Part shown: positions 1 to 9,896 of the stretch, piece after piece
Layout of the letters: every line of letters begins with the position of its first letter
Numbering within the stretch: position 1 is the first letter of the stretch
Assembly: GCA_024640025.1 (NCBI GenBank)
Contig: JAHEFT010000001.1
Span: 44,040-108,039 of the forward strand
Source: Chromatiales bacterium
Lineage (GTDB): Bacteria; Pseudomonadota; Gammaproteobacteria; Xanthomonadales; SZUA-36
Direction: 5' to 3'
DNA length: 64,000 bases
Notes under the pieces: model-generated
Seen by the model: the letters and a program-made list of their open reading frames with translations, nothing else
Databases searched by the model: none
What the model was told of the DNA's origin: nothing
Position numbers and translations under genes: made by a program

Positions 1-2
1 TC

Positions 3-494
3 ACCCTGGCGGAACGCGACCGGTGGGAATTTGTCACCCGGAGTAACGCGCGCTGCGTGGTCGCCCTGGTTGCAGTCACGGCCGATGAAGAGATCGTCCT
101 GGTCGAGCAATACCGTAAGCCGGTCGGAGCCTTTGTCATCGAAATTCCGGCGGGCCTGGTTGGAGACGTCGCGGACCCGGATGAGCCGATCCTGCTGGCA
201 GCGGCACGCGAACTCGAAGAGGAGACCGGTTTTGTCGCAGCCCGGATGAACCACCTGGTGGACTGCCCAAGTTCGGCCGGCATGTCGGATGAAGTCATCT
301 CCTTCGTGTTGGCTGAAGACCTGGGCCGGGTGGGTCCGGGAGGCGGGGACGCCAGCGAAAATATCGAGGTGCACGTTGTGCCTCTGGACGAAGTCGATGA
401 CTGGCTGGTCCGTCAGTTGTCTGCCGGCAAACGACTCGACCCCAAAGTTTACTCGGCTCTGTATTGGCTGAAGTGCAACAACCCCTTTTCCTGA
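3..494 (+). CDS. NUDIX hydrolase, ADP-ribose pyrophosphatase-like; 5' end lies upstream of the window
   Basis: The frame is open from nt 3. The Nudix box core is visible as AARELEEETGF. ORF-track entry 57..494 is only the in-window part. Confidence 0.8.
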   Translation, partial: TLAERDRWEFVTRSNARCVVALVAVTADEEIVLVEQYRKPVGAFVIEIPAGLVGDVADPDEPILLAAARELEEETGFVAARMNHLVDCPSSAGMSDEVISFVLAEDLGRVGPGGGDASENIEVHVVPLDEVDDWLVRQLSAGKRLDPKVYSALYWLKCNNPFS

Positions 495-511
495 GTCGGC
501 GGGAAAAACCC

Positions 512-1540
512 ATGAACCGACTGACTTCCACCCTGTTCCTTGCTCCAGCCCTGATGGGAGTATCGCTGATGACCCAGGCCCAGACCCCAGACGCCGAACC
601 CGACGCACCCATTGCCATTGCCATCCACGGCGGTGCCGGCACCATCAGCAAGGGGGATTTCCCGGAGGAGATGGAACGTGACCTCCGCAATATGCTGGAG
701 AAAGCCGTTCGGGCCGGTTACCAGGTTTTACAGGATGAAGGCTCCAGCCTCGACGCGGTCACGCTCGCTGTGACCCTGCTGGAAGATTCTCCCTATTTCA
801 ATGCCGGCAAAGGCGCAGTGTTCAACGCCGAAGGCAATAACGAACTGGATGCATCCATCATGGAAGGCGCCGGCCTGGAAGCGGGTGCAGTATCCGCCGT
901 GCACAATATTCGCAACCCCATTCTTTTGGCCCGCAAGGTCATGACAGACTCGGTACACGTCATGCTGATGGGCGAAGGCGCAGAGCAGTTTGCCCGTGAC
1001 AAAGGCATCACGTTTGAAGACGATGCGTATTTCTTCACCGAATACCGCTGGCAGCAACTGCAAAAAGCCCGGGCCGCCGATGATGGGCAAACCACATTCT
1101 TGTCGGAAACTCCCGACCGTTGGTTTTCAACGGTAGGCGCCGTCGCCCTCGATTCAGCGGGAAACCTGGCCGCAGCAACGTCGACCGGCGGAATGACCAA
1201 CAAGCGCTGGGGCCGGGTCGGCGACTCTTCGATCATTGGTGCGGGGACCTACGCCGACAACCGTTCCTGCGCGGTGAGTGCGACCGGTCACGGCGAGTAT
1301 TTCATCCGGGCCACGGTTGCCCGCGATATTTGCGCCCGGGTTCAGTTCACGGGCATGAGGCTTGAACAGGCCGCGGACGAAGTCATCAATCAGCAACTGG
1401 TCAAAATGGGTGGAAGCGGCGGCATCATCGCTGTAGACCCGGCCGGGAATATTGCTTTGACCTTCAACACACCGGGCATGTACCGTGCCAGCATCGATAG
1501 CGTCGGGCGAGTTACTGTGGCCATCTATCGCGAAGAGTAA
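512..1540 (+). CDS. Isoaspartyl peptidase / plant-type L-asparaginase (Ntn hydrolase), exported
   Basis: HGGAGT motif and autoprocessing site GTVGAVALD are present. An N-terminal signal-like segment follows the ATG at 512. The upstream part of ORF 464.. overlaps the NUDIX gene. Confidence 0.85.
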   Translation: MNRLTSTLFLAPALMGVSLMTQAQTPDAEPDAPIAIAIHGGAGTISKGDFPEEMERDLRNMLEKAVRAGYQVLQDEGSSLDAVTLAVTLLEDSPYFNAGKGAVFNAEGNNELDASIMEGAGLEAGAVSAVHNIRNPILLARKVMTDSVHVMLMGEGAEQFARDKGITFEDDAYFFTEYRWQQLQKARAADDGQTTFLSETPDRWFSTVGAVALDSAGNLAAATSTGGMTNKRWGRVGDSSIIGAGTYADNRSCAVSATGHGEYFIRATVARDICARVQFTGMRLEQAADEVINQQLVKMGGSGGIIAVDPAGNIALTFNTPGMYRASIDSVGRVTVAIYREE

Positions 1541-1550
1541 GCCACCACCG

Positions 1551-2291
1551 TCATTTGAACGCCGATTCGAGCACCAGTTGCATGTGGTTCCAGGACGCAT
1601 TGTCGGCCCTTTCGTCAAATCTTAGCGGCAGACCGTACTTCTCGCCGTTGGTGGTGGCGGCCGGGTTGCTGAATCCATGCAGCGCCATGGGCAGCGGCAC
1701 GAACAGGCAATCCGCTCCGGTTTTTGCCATCTCGGCTTTGAATGCGGTAACCGCCTCGCCGGGAATCAACACGTCGTCTTCACCGTGGTAGACGGCAACC
1801 CTTGCCGTCATTTCTGCGCCTTCGCCTTCCGCGGCCACGCCAAGCGGCAGGGCGCCGTGGAATGATCCAACCGCTTTCAAATCTGCACCGTAGCGCGCCA
1901 TGTGCAATACGATTCCACCGCCCATGCAATAACCGATTGCAGCGGATTTGCCAGAATCAGTGGTCGGGTGTGCTTTCAGGACATCCAGGGCCGCAGTGAA
2001 ACGGCTACGCACAGTTCCCAGGTCAGCCAGCAACCCGTTCATCAGGCCGCCCGCCTCGTCCGGATTGTCCGCAACCTTGCCTTCGCCGTACATGTCGAGG
2101 GCCATTCCGGTATAGCCCAGTGCGGCCAGCATGTCGGCTCGTCTGCGGGCGTAAGGATTATTACCCCACCACTCATGCACGACCAGTACGCCGGGGCGTT
2201 CGCCTGCGACGTCGGAATCCCATGCAATGTAGGCTTTCATTTCAACGCCGTCAGCGCTGTAGCTCATTTCCTCAGATTGAATTTTGGCCAT
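1551..2291 (-). CDS. Dienelactone hydrolase family protein
   Basis: 246 aa with the nucleophile elbow GYCMGG and an HEWWG segment typical of DLH-fold carboxymethylenebutenolidases. Confidence 0.8.
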   Translation of the reverse strand: MAKIQSEEMSYSADGVEMKAYIAWDSDVAGERPGVLVVHEWWGNNPYARRRADMLAALGYTGMALDMYGEGKVADNPDEAGGLMNGLLADLGTVRSRFTAALDVLKAHPTTDSGKSAAIGYCMGGGIVLHMARYGADLKAVGSFHGALPLGVAAEGEGAEMTARVAVYHGEDDVLIPGEAVTAFKAEMAKTGADCLFVPLPMALHGFSNPAATTNGEKYGLPLRFDERADNASWNHMQLVLESAFK

Positions 2292-2410
2292 GGATTTTTT
2301 ACGCTCCCAATGGTGTTACCTGGAAAATGACAGTTTACTGCAATCTGTTGCGCATTGTGATTGAGCTATGATGTCCCCAGATATTTGTCCTGCGATCAAA
2401 GGATTAACTT

Positions 2411-2812
2411 ATGAACAACCCGAATTCAAACAATGACATCAAGATGGAAACGTCCAATCTCTACCGGGAGGAGGTTTTCACCGACAATACGGTTGGAACG
2501 CTGCGGCGCCTGACGCCTGTTACCGTTAACGGCGAGCCCGATCCGGCCCGTTCCGAGCAGTACATCGGCTCGACCCAGGTCATGACCACCGCCGGCCCCT
2601 TGCCGCTTTCCTTCGAAATCAAGGCTGAAACGCTGGCTGAAGCCGCCGGGGCCTTTGGTGCAGGCGCCAAGGAAGCTTTCGAAAAGACCATGGAAGAACT
2701 CCGCGAAATGCAGCGCCAGCAAGCCTCATCCATTGTCGTTCCCGGCGCGGGCGGCATGGACCCCATGAGCGGCATGGGCGGTGGTGGTGGTGGCAAGATC
2801 CAGATGCGCTGA
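2411..2812 (+). CDS. Small conserved hypothetical protein with glycine-rich C-terminal tail
   Basis: 133-aa ORF with clean coding appearance and tail GMGGGGGGKIQMR. I recognised no family. Confidence 0.6.
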   Translation: MNNPNSNNDIKMETSNLYREEVFTDNTVGTLRRLTPVTVNGEPDPARSEQYIGSTQVMTTAGPLPLSFEIKAETLAEAAGAFGAGAKEAFEKTMEELREMQRQQASSIVVPGAGGMDPMSGMGGGGGGKIQMR

Positions 2813-2821
2813 TCTCTGATT

Positions 2822-3688
2822 ATGAGCCCTGGTCTTCAGAATCTTTCTACCCGGGTGGCAGCCTGCCTGATCGGGCTGCTGCCCCTGATTGCGAATGCTG
2901 CGGATGACCTGATCTGGCGGGAGGTTAATCCTGAAAACCTGGTTTTCATGGAATTGGTCGAAGGCCAGGTCACCATTGAGCTCAATCCGATGTTTGCGCC
3001 GAAAACTGTCCGGCAGTTCCGGAAACTCGTACAGGATGGATTCTATAACGGCCTGAGTTTTTACCGCGTCATCGACGGATTCGTGGCCCAGGGCGGGGAC
3101 GGCAGCGACCTTGGCGAACTGAGCCTGGTGCCCCTGATCGACGCCGAGTTCGAAGCTGAAATTTCCGGCGACGTCGAATTCACCGAGGTTCAGAAAGACG
3201 ACCTGTTTGCCGCCGGAACCGGGTTCATTGATGGCTTCGCAGTCGGCCGCGATTCATCCGGCAAGAACGCCTGGCTTACGCATTGCCCCGGCGTGGTGGC
3301 CATGGCGCGCAATGATAGCCCGAATTCCAGCCGGACCGATTTTTACATCGTGATCGGGCAGGCGCCCCGGTATCTTGACCGCAATATGAACGTATTTGGC
3401 CGGGTCATCGACGGCATGGACGTCGTGCAGAGAATCCAGCGTGGTCCGGCGAATGAAAACGGCATCATCCAGGATGAAACGAAAAGCAGTCGGATCCGCA
3501 GCATGACGCTGGCTTCGGATGTTCCGGAAGATGAACGTTTAACGGCGTTCGTGTTGGATACAAACAGCAAAGCTTTCAAGAAACTCCTGAAGAACCGGCG
3601 CAACCGCACCCAGAAATTTTTTCACAACAAGCCGCCAAAAGTCCTCGACGTTTGCCAGGTGCCGATGGCGGGGCGCGTCACTTTGTAA
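2822..3688 (+). CDS. Cyclophilin-type peptidyl-prolyl cis-trans isomerase, exported
   Basis: FYRVIDGFVAQGGD cyclophilin signature and an N-terminal signal peptide ending IANAADD. Confidence 0.85.
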   Translation: MSPGLQNLSTRVAACLIGLLPLIANAADDLIWREVNPENLVFMELVEGQVTIELNPMFAPKTVRQFRKLVQDGFYNGLSFYRVIDGFVAQGGDGSDLGELSLVPLIDAEFEAEISGDVEFTEVQKDDLFAAGTGFIDGFAVGRDSSGKNAWLTHCPGVVAMARNDSPNSSRTDFYIVIGQAPRYLDRNMNVFGRVIDGMDVVQRIQRGPANENGIIQDETKSSRIRSMTLASDVPEDERLTAFVLDTNSKAFKKLLKNRRNRTQKFFHNKPPKVLDVCQVPMAGRVTL

Positions 3689-3937
3689 TCCAACCGGTTT
3701 GCAATTACGCTTGTCGTCCAATGGATATTTACCGATACGACGACTTTGATGAGGACAGGATGACTCATTCGATGCGTCAACATGGAGAATTGGAAATTCG
3801 CCTCTCCAACGCACAGTCCAAAGTCTTTGACTATCTGCTGTCACGCTACACAAAAAAGAAACGATTTGAAGTCGTCACATCTGAGCCTACCATCGACATC
3901 TGCTGAAGGTTGGTCTCCACCCACCACCAAAAACCCC

Positions 3938-5713
3938 TCAAATATCCCCGAACTGCAGTTGAGCAAGACGTGCGTACAGTTCGTTATTCTTAATCAGTTC
4001 ATTGTGCGTTCCCACCGCCTCTATCCTGCCATGGTTCATGACCAGGATCCGGTCGACTTTCATCACCGTCGCCAGCCGGTGAGCGATCACCAGCGTAGTC
4101 CGGTTTTTCATCAGGCCTTCCAGGGCCGCCTGCACCAATCGTTCGTTCTCAGCATCCAGCGAACTGGTGGCTTCGTCAAGCAGGAGTATCGGCGGATCCT
4201 TGAGAATGGCGCGTGCAATAGCGACGCGCTGGCGCTGACCGCCGGACAGGCGCGTTCCCCGCTCGCCCAGAAACGTGTCATAACCTTCCGGTAGATTGCG
4301 GATGAATTCATCCGCTTCCGCCATCACGGCCGCCTGCCGGACTTCTTCGTCAGTCGCTGCGGGCCGGCCGTAGCGAATATTTTCCAGCGCACTCTCACCG
4401 AACAGGACGGTTTCCTGGGGCACCAGGCCGATCTGCCGGCGCAGTTCACGCGGGTCCAAATGCGAGATGTCCTTGCCGTCCACCAGGATCTTTCCACTGG
4501 ACACGTCGTAGAAGCGCAGCAATAACTGGAAACTCGTGCTCTTGCCGGCGCCGGACGGCCCAACCACTGCCAGCGTGTTGCCGGGCGCAATCTCCAGGCA
4601 GAAATCATCCAGAGCCCGTGTTTCCGGACGGGACGGATAGCTGAACCCAACGTGATCGAAACGGATGCGGCCCTCGACCCGCTGCGGCAATCTCTCGGGG
4701 ACGGCAGGGGGCTTGATGGCTGGCTCGGCCTGAAGCAGTTCGGACAGCCGTTCCATGGCGCCGGCCGCCCGCTGGATTTCGCCCCAGAGACTGCTCAGCG
4801 CAGTCGCTGAAGAACCGACGAAAAACGCATACATCAGGAACTGACCCAGTTGTCCCCCGGTCATCGAGCCGGCCATGACCGCCCGGGATCCTTGCCACAG
4901 GAACAAGGTCAACATGCAAAACACCAGCACGAATGCGAGACCGATCAGAATGGCGTTCAACCGGATCCGCCGTACTGCCGTAAGGAAACTGTGTTTCACG
5001 GCCTCCGCGTAACGGCCGACCTGGAGTTCCTCCAGCGTGAATGACTGGACCGTTTGCATCGCGTTCAGCGTTTCGCCGGCGAGTCCGCTGGTATCCGCCA
5101 CGCGGTCCTGGGATTGGCGCGACAGCTTGCGGATAAAGCGCCCCACGACCACAACCGGTAACACGACAATGACGATTCCAACCATGGTGTATGCCGCCAT
5201 TTGCGGGCTGGTCAGCACCAGCATGACGAGCCCGCCAACCAGGCTCAGAGTGGAGCGCAGGGCAATCGACAGGCCTGTCCCTGAAATGCTCTGAACCAGG
5301 GTCGTGTCCGTGGTTAGCCGGGACAGGACTTCACCAGTGCGGGTAACCTCGAAAAAGGCCGGATCCATGTGAATAATCCGCACGTAAACTGCGTTTCGAA
5401 TGTCGGCCACGACACGCTCGCCCAACCAGGTCACCAGGTAATAACGCATCGCCGCAAACAGACTGAAAACTACCGTGGCCATAAGGAACCAACCAAAGTA
5501 GCGGTTCACTGTAGTCATGTCCTGGGCAATGAATCCGTTGTCGATCAGGTAGCGGAGCGCGACCGGCATGGCCAGCATCGCAGCGGAGGCAATAAGAAGT
5601 GCGGCTATCGCGGCAATCAGAGTGCGGTAGTATGGAGTGATGAACGGCCAGAGCATGCGCAGAGGCCTCAGCGACTTTGCCCTGGGCCTGTCGCTGCTGG
5701 ACTGTTCGCTCAT
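3938..5713 (-). CDS. ABC transporter, fused permease/ATPase (ABCB / MsbA-like exporter)
   Basis: Walker A GPSGAGKST, signature LSGGQRQR and Walker B ILLLDEATS are present. The N-terminal half is hydrophobic with multiple TM segments. Length 591 aa. Confidence 0.9.
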   Translation of the reverse strand: MSEQSSSDRPRAKSLRPLRMLWPFITPYYRTLIAAIAALLIASAAMLAMPVALRYLIDNGFIAQDMTTVNRYFGWFLMATVVFSLFAAMRYYLVTWLGERVVADIRNAVYVRIIHMDPAFFEVTRTGEVLSRLTTDTTLVQSISGTGLSIALRSTLSLVGGLVMLVLTSPQMAAYTMVGIVIVVLPVVVVGRFIRKLSRQSQDRVADTSGLAGETLNAMQTVQSFTLEELQVGRYAEAVKHSFLTAVRRIRLNAILIGLAFVLVFCMLTLFLWQGSRAVMAGSMTGGQLGQFLMYAFFVGSSATALSSLWGEIQRAAGAMERLSELLQAEPAIKPPAVPERLPQRVEGRIRFDHVGFSYPSRPETRALDDFCLEIAPGNTLAVVGPSGAGKSTSFQLLLRFYDVSSGKILVDGKDISHLDPRELRRQIGLVPQETVLFGESALENIRYGRPAATDEEVRQAAVMAEADEFIRNLPEGYDTFLGERGTRLSGGQRQRVAIARAILKDPPILLLDEATSSLDAENERLVQAALEGLMKNRTTLVIAHRLATVMKVDRILVMNHGRIEAVGTHNELIKNNELYARLAQLQFGDI

Positions 5714-6014
5714 GGATGCACCCCCGCCATAGCTTTTCAGTATGGGGGCTCTTACCTAATGATGAAAGGGCCTCACGGTCCTCCCCGTTCCGACGCCGGC
5801 GCCGATCGGGCCGGCTGTTCCAGGCTCTCAGGCCGGCTGACGCATGCTCTTCAGACCTCTACCCAGGGTGCTGCAAAGCAGCATCAGTAAGTACCCTCCT
5901 GTCAAATCCCAACCTTTCATTTGCGGCGCCTCTGTAATTATTGTGTATTCGTATTACAGGGCAGCAAACGAAAAGTTGGCGCCATTCGAAAATCGATGGG
6001 GTTCCCTTCACAAT

Positions 6015-6827
6015 TTACTGCCACTCACGCGGGTCAACCCGGTAATAGGACTTCAGTACTTCGAACAATTCCTGGTGGTGCTTTGCCATCCGGCGCGGCT
6101 TTTCGAAAAATGTCTCGGTGGCGACGGCAAAGAACTCGGCCGGATTGGTCGCTCCGTAATGATCCATGAGGGACCGCTTGCCGACCCGTGCGTCGCGCTG
6201 CAACTCCCCGAATTCGCTGGATAACGCCCCGGCCCAGCTGCGATAGCTGGATTCCCCCGCCAGCAGGGGCGCACCATCGGCGCTCCCTGTCTCGCTATCC
6301 AACTGGTGCGTAAACTCGTGCAGAACGACGTTGCTGCCATCGACGAAATTTCTCGCGCCGTTCAAAACATTGTCCCACGCGAGGATGACCTTGCCATTCT
6401 GCCAGGATTCACCCAGCAATCCCTTGCTCCCGTGGCTAACGACACCGGCCTGATCCATTTCCGGACGGGAAACAACGAAAGCGCTCGGGTAAATAATGAT
6501 GTACTTCAGGCGGGGATACAGCCCGCTGTCACGGTTCAGCTGCAACATACAGGCCTGTGCGGCAATCGTTACACGCATCTCGTCTGTCACTTCGAGCCCG
6601 CCGGCGCCTGAAAAGTGCTTCTGGTGCAGGAACTGCTTGATCAACAACCGCAACTGCAGCCGCAACGGCATCGGCAGGTTTCTGTATACACCGATATTCC
6701 GCTCCAGTATTTCCACCCATTGTTCGGGAAATGGCGCAGAAACGGCACGCTTAAGGCGAAATCGTGGGATCCAGAGCGCCAATACAATGGCAACCAGGAC
6801 CGTTGACAGCAATATCCATGGGTTCAT
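6015..6827 (-). CDS. mtfA: MtfA-like zinc metallopeptidase (peptidase M90 family)
   Basis: 270 aa with an N-terminal TM segment, the HEFTH zinc motif and the conserved NPAEFFA segment. Confidence 0.75.
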   Translation of the reverse strand: MNPWILLSTVLVAIVLALWIPRFRLKRAVSAPFPEQWVEILERNIGVYRNLPMPLRLQLRLLIKQFLHQKHFSGAGGLEVTDEMRVTIAAQACMLQLNRDSGLYPRLKYIIIYPSAFVVSRPEMDQAGVVSHGSKGLLGESWQNGKVILAWDNVLNGARNFVDGSNVVLHEFTHQLDSETGSADGAPLLAGESSYRSWAGALSSEFGELQRDARVGKRSLMDHYGATNPAEFFAVATETFFEKPRRMAKHHQELFEVLKSYYRVDPREWQ

Positions 6828-6992
6828 AGCTGCATAGACTAACCACGAATCAGGGCAGTCACAAAAAATTTGATCCGGAATTGATCTGAATCGCGGAAAA
6901 ATCCCCGAAGCAGACTATGCTAATGGAAGCGGAGTTTCGCTTTCTGCGGGCTCCGCATGATTTCTTGAACCTGGAAAGCCGAGGATAATGTA

Positions 6993-7487
6993 ATGGCTAT
7001 TGCAATGACCCTTAAAGCGTACCTGGAAGGCCATAACGTGCAATATGACACGGTAGAGCACCCCCATACCGAGTCCGCGATGGATTCAGCCAAAGCTGCC
7101 CATGTACCCGCTCATCAACTGGCAAAGGCTGTCGTTCTCGAGGATAGCAGCGGTTATATCGTTAGCGTGCTTCCTTCCAATAACCACCTCAACCTGGGGT
7201 GGGTGAATGAAGAGCTGCAGCGCGAATTGAAACTGGCTACCGAGCCCGAGCTGAAAAAGCTGTTCAAGGACTGTAAAACAGGCGCGGTGCCCGCGCTGAG
7301 CAGTGCCTACGGTTTGAAAGTGATCTGGGATGACCAGCTCAAGTATGCGAAGGACATTTACATCGAGGCGGGCGATCACGAGCACCTGATTCATCTGAAA
7401 GGTGAGGACTTCAAGGCGTTGATGGCCAAGTTGCCGCACAGCGTCATCAGCGCCGGAAAAGAATATTCACGCTGGGTTTACGAGTAA
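6993..7487 (+). CDS. YbaK / aminoacyl-tRNA deacylase-domain protein
   Basis: 164 aa. Overall resemblance to YbaK/ProX editing-domain proteins (AKAVVL..., GAVPAL... segments). Confidence 0.65.
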   Translation: MAIAMTLKAYLEGHNVQYDTVEHPHTESAMDSAKAAHVPAHQLAKAVVLEDSSGYIVSVLPSNNHLNLGWVNEELQRELKLATEPELKKLFKDCKTGAVPALSSAYGLKVIWDDQLKYAKDIYIEAGDHEHLIHLKGEDFKALMAKLPHSVISAGKEYSRWVYE

Positions 7488-7503
7488 GGGCCCCAATTCT
7501 TTT

Positions 7504-8346
7504 TTATAGACCGGCCTTGATCTCCGCGAGCTTCGCCTTCACGCGCGTTGCGTTCTCATTCCCCATACGCAACAGGATTTTCTGTCCCGCCGAGCGTGAC
7601 TCGAGATCAGGGTCCGTAAACAGGAAAAAGGCTTCGGGTTTCACGAGGTTCAAAGGCCCTGAAATGTCCGGGGTTGCGAGCAGATCATCAATGATCTCGA
7701 CCAGGCGGCTATCGAAATCAGCGTCGGCGTATCCCATTTGCCGGTAGGCTTCCTGGAACAGCGGGTACATGCTGCGGTAGTTTTCAATCAAATCAGCTGT
7801 ATCAGCCTCTTCCAGCAACTCCACGTATGGTGTGTACCTGGCGTAATTGGCCGGATCAATGATGTATTGAGGTATCGGGTCGCCTTCTTCATTGGTGATA
7901 ATGGTTTCGGGATTATCATTCACGCTGACCTCGAAACCGCTCTCCGGACCCGACACGGCCTGAACAACCCCCGGTACCTGGCGACTGCCCAGCATGTCAA
8001 TCGTTGCAACCACCCGTGAAATCACATTGTCCCCGACAACATACCGCTGCACAGCAGACTCACCCACCAATCCATCAAGCGATTCCAGAACAACCGGGTC
8101 GCTCTCCGTCAGCATCGGGAGCGGGACCTCTTCGGTCTCCGCTTCCGGGGCCGGCAGAAATTCAGTATCCAATACGGTGGCAGAATCCGTCTCCACAGGT
8201 ACTTCTGGTTCAACGACAGGCTCAACGACAGCCACCGGCGCGAGAGTATCCGCCTCCGGTTCAGCCGGTTGATAGACATTGAAAAAGTAATAAGCGGCCA
8301 CTGCTGCCAGGACCACAATTGCGCCAATTATCCAGTTTCTCATCAC
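7504..8346 (-). CDS. Membrane-anchored protein of unknown function (DUF3014-like, tentative)
   Basis: 280 aa. It has an N-terminal TM helix, then an acidic Pro/Glu/Val-rich linker, then a globular C-terminal domain. Confidence 0.6.
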   Translation of the reverse strand: MMRNWIIGAIVVLAAVAAYYFFNVYQPAEPEADTLAPVAVVEPVVEPEVPVETDSATVLDTEFLPAPEAETEEVPLPMLTESDPVVLESLDGLVGESAVQRYVVGDNVISRVVATIDMLGSRQVPGVVQAVSGPESGFEVSVNDNPETIITNEEGDPIPQYIIDPANYARYTPYVELLEEADTADLIENYRSMYPLFQEAYRQMGYADADFDSRLVEIIDDLLATPDISGPLNLVKPEAFFLFTDPDLESRSAGQKILLRMGNENATRVKAKLAEIKAGL

Positions 8347-8484
8347 CCAGTCACTCCTTCGCTCATCATGTAAGCTGTAACTCCTGAGTACCCTTCGGGT
8401 TCAGTAAATCACCTACACGAAAACCAGAACTCTTCACCTAACAAGAATTCTACACTGATGCTCTGGATGCAAGGAGAATCTTCC

Positions 8485-9855
8485 ATGTTAAAAACCTCGA
8501 GCAGTTTAGCAGGCCTGTTGCTGGTCTTGATTAGCGCAAACCTTGAAGCAAGCGACCCGGTCGCCGTGAAAGCCGCCCTGGACTCGGACTTCTACGACAT
8601 GGGGTCACCTGTCCCGGCCCGGGTCGAACTGGGCAGACTCCTGTTTTTCGACAAGATCCTGAGCGGCAATCTGAATATTTCCTGCGCGAGTTGTCACCAT
8701 CCTTTTGCAGGAACCGGTGACGGTCTGTCACTGCCGGTCGGGGAAGGCGGAATTGGCCTTGGCGTGACCCGGGATACGGGGTATGGAGGCGACGCGATAC
8801 ATGAACGCGTTCCACGCAACGCACCACCGGTGTTCAACCTCGGCGCCCGTGAGTTCACACGAATGTTCCATGATGGCCGTGTCGAGGAAGATCCGCTGGA
8901 GTATTCCGGATTCCGGTCACCGGCCGGCGACCAACTCCCCATGGGCCTGGATAACGTGCTGGCGGTGCAGGCCATGTTTCCGGTTACATCGGCTACTGAA
9001 ATGGCCGGGCAGATCGGAGAGAATGAAGTAGCCGATGCAGCCGCCGCCAATCGGCTGGCGGGACCGGGTGGAGTCTGGGACCTGGTCGCTGGAGGCATGC
9101 AGGCTATTCCTGAGTATGTAGAACTGTTCAGGGCCGCATTCCCCGGAGAGATTCTGGCTGCATCTGATATCGACTTCGTCCATGCCGCCAATGCCATTGC
9201 AGCCTTTGAAGCCAGTGCGTGGCGTTTCGACGACAGCCCGTTTGACCGGTACCTGCGCGGAGACCACCAGGTAATGAGTACACGAGCCCGCAATGGGATG
9301 AACCTGTTTTACGGCAAAGCCGGTTGCGGATCCTGTCACAGCGGCACTTTCCAGACTGACCATGATTTCCACGCCGTCGCCATGCCGCAAATCGGACCGG
9401 GTAAAGGCGACAACCAGTCTGGCTTTTCAGATGGAAGTGATGACTTCGGCCGCGAGAGGGTGACCGGGGAGTGGCGGGATCGTTTCCGCTTTCGCACACC
9501 ATCACTGAGAAACGTAGCGCTATCTCCGCCTTACGGCCACTCGGGTGCATATGACTCCCTTGAAGGCATGGTTCGCCACCACCTTGATACGGTTCGATCA
9601 CTGCATGCGTACGATACGTCCCAGGCAACGCTACCGTCACGGGCAGACCTCGATGATTCGGATTTCAGGGTCATGAAAAACCCGGTTCGACGGAACGCCA
9701 TTGCCGGGGCCAACGAACTGGAACCCGTTGTCCTGAAGGAAAAGGAAATCCAGGATCTGATCGCTTTTCTCCATGCGCTGACTGATCCGGCAGCACTCGA
9801 CATGCGCAGGGATGTGCCTCCCAGCGTACCCAGCGGACTGCCGGTGCGGGATTGA
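8485..9855 (+). CDS. Di-haem cytochrome c peroxidase family protein (CCP/MauG/MbnH-like), periplasmic
   Basis: Two CxxCH haem motifs (CASCH, CGSCH) and a signal peptide. An AAGGAG RBS sits 8 nt upstream of the ATG at 8485. Confidence 0.85.
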   Translation: MLKTSSSLAGLLLVLISANLEASDPVAVKAALDSDFYDMGSPVPARVELGRLLFFDKILSGNLNISCASCHHPFAGTGDGLSLPVGEGGIGLGVTRDTGYGGDAIHERVPRNAPPVFNLGAREFTRMFHDGRVEEDPLEYSGFRSPAGDQLPMGLDNVLAVQAMFPVTSATEMAGQIGENEVADAAAANRLAGPGGVWDLVAGGMQAIPEYVELFRAAFPGEILAASDIDFVHAANAIAAFEASAWRFDDSPFDRYLRGDHQVMSTRARNGMNLFYGKAGCGSCHSGTFQTDHDFHAVAMPQIGPGKGDNQSGFSDGSDDFGRERVTGEWRDRFRFRTPSLRNVALSPPYGHSGAYDSLEGMVRHHLDTVRSLHAYDTSQATLPSRADLDDSDFRVMKNPVRRNAIAGANELEPVVLKEKEIQDLIAFLHALTDPAALDMRRDVPPSVPSGLPVRD

Positions 9856-9896
9856 TGGAGATGTAAAACCGGAGGTATAGGCCTTATCATTAACCG

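Noticed and set aside
3782-4294. A 170-aa plus-strand ORF running from the AT-rich spacer into the ABC transporter gene.
   Set aside because: Most of it is antisense to the ATPase domain of the exporter, and it has no coding features of its own.
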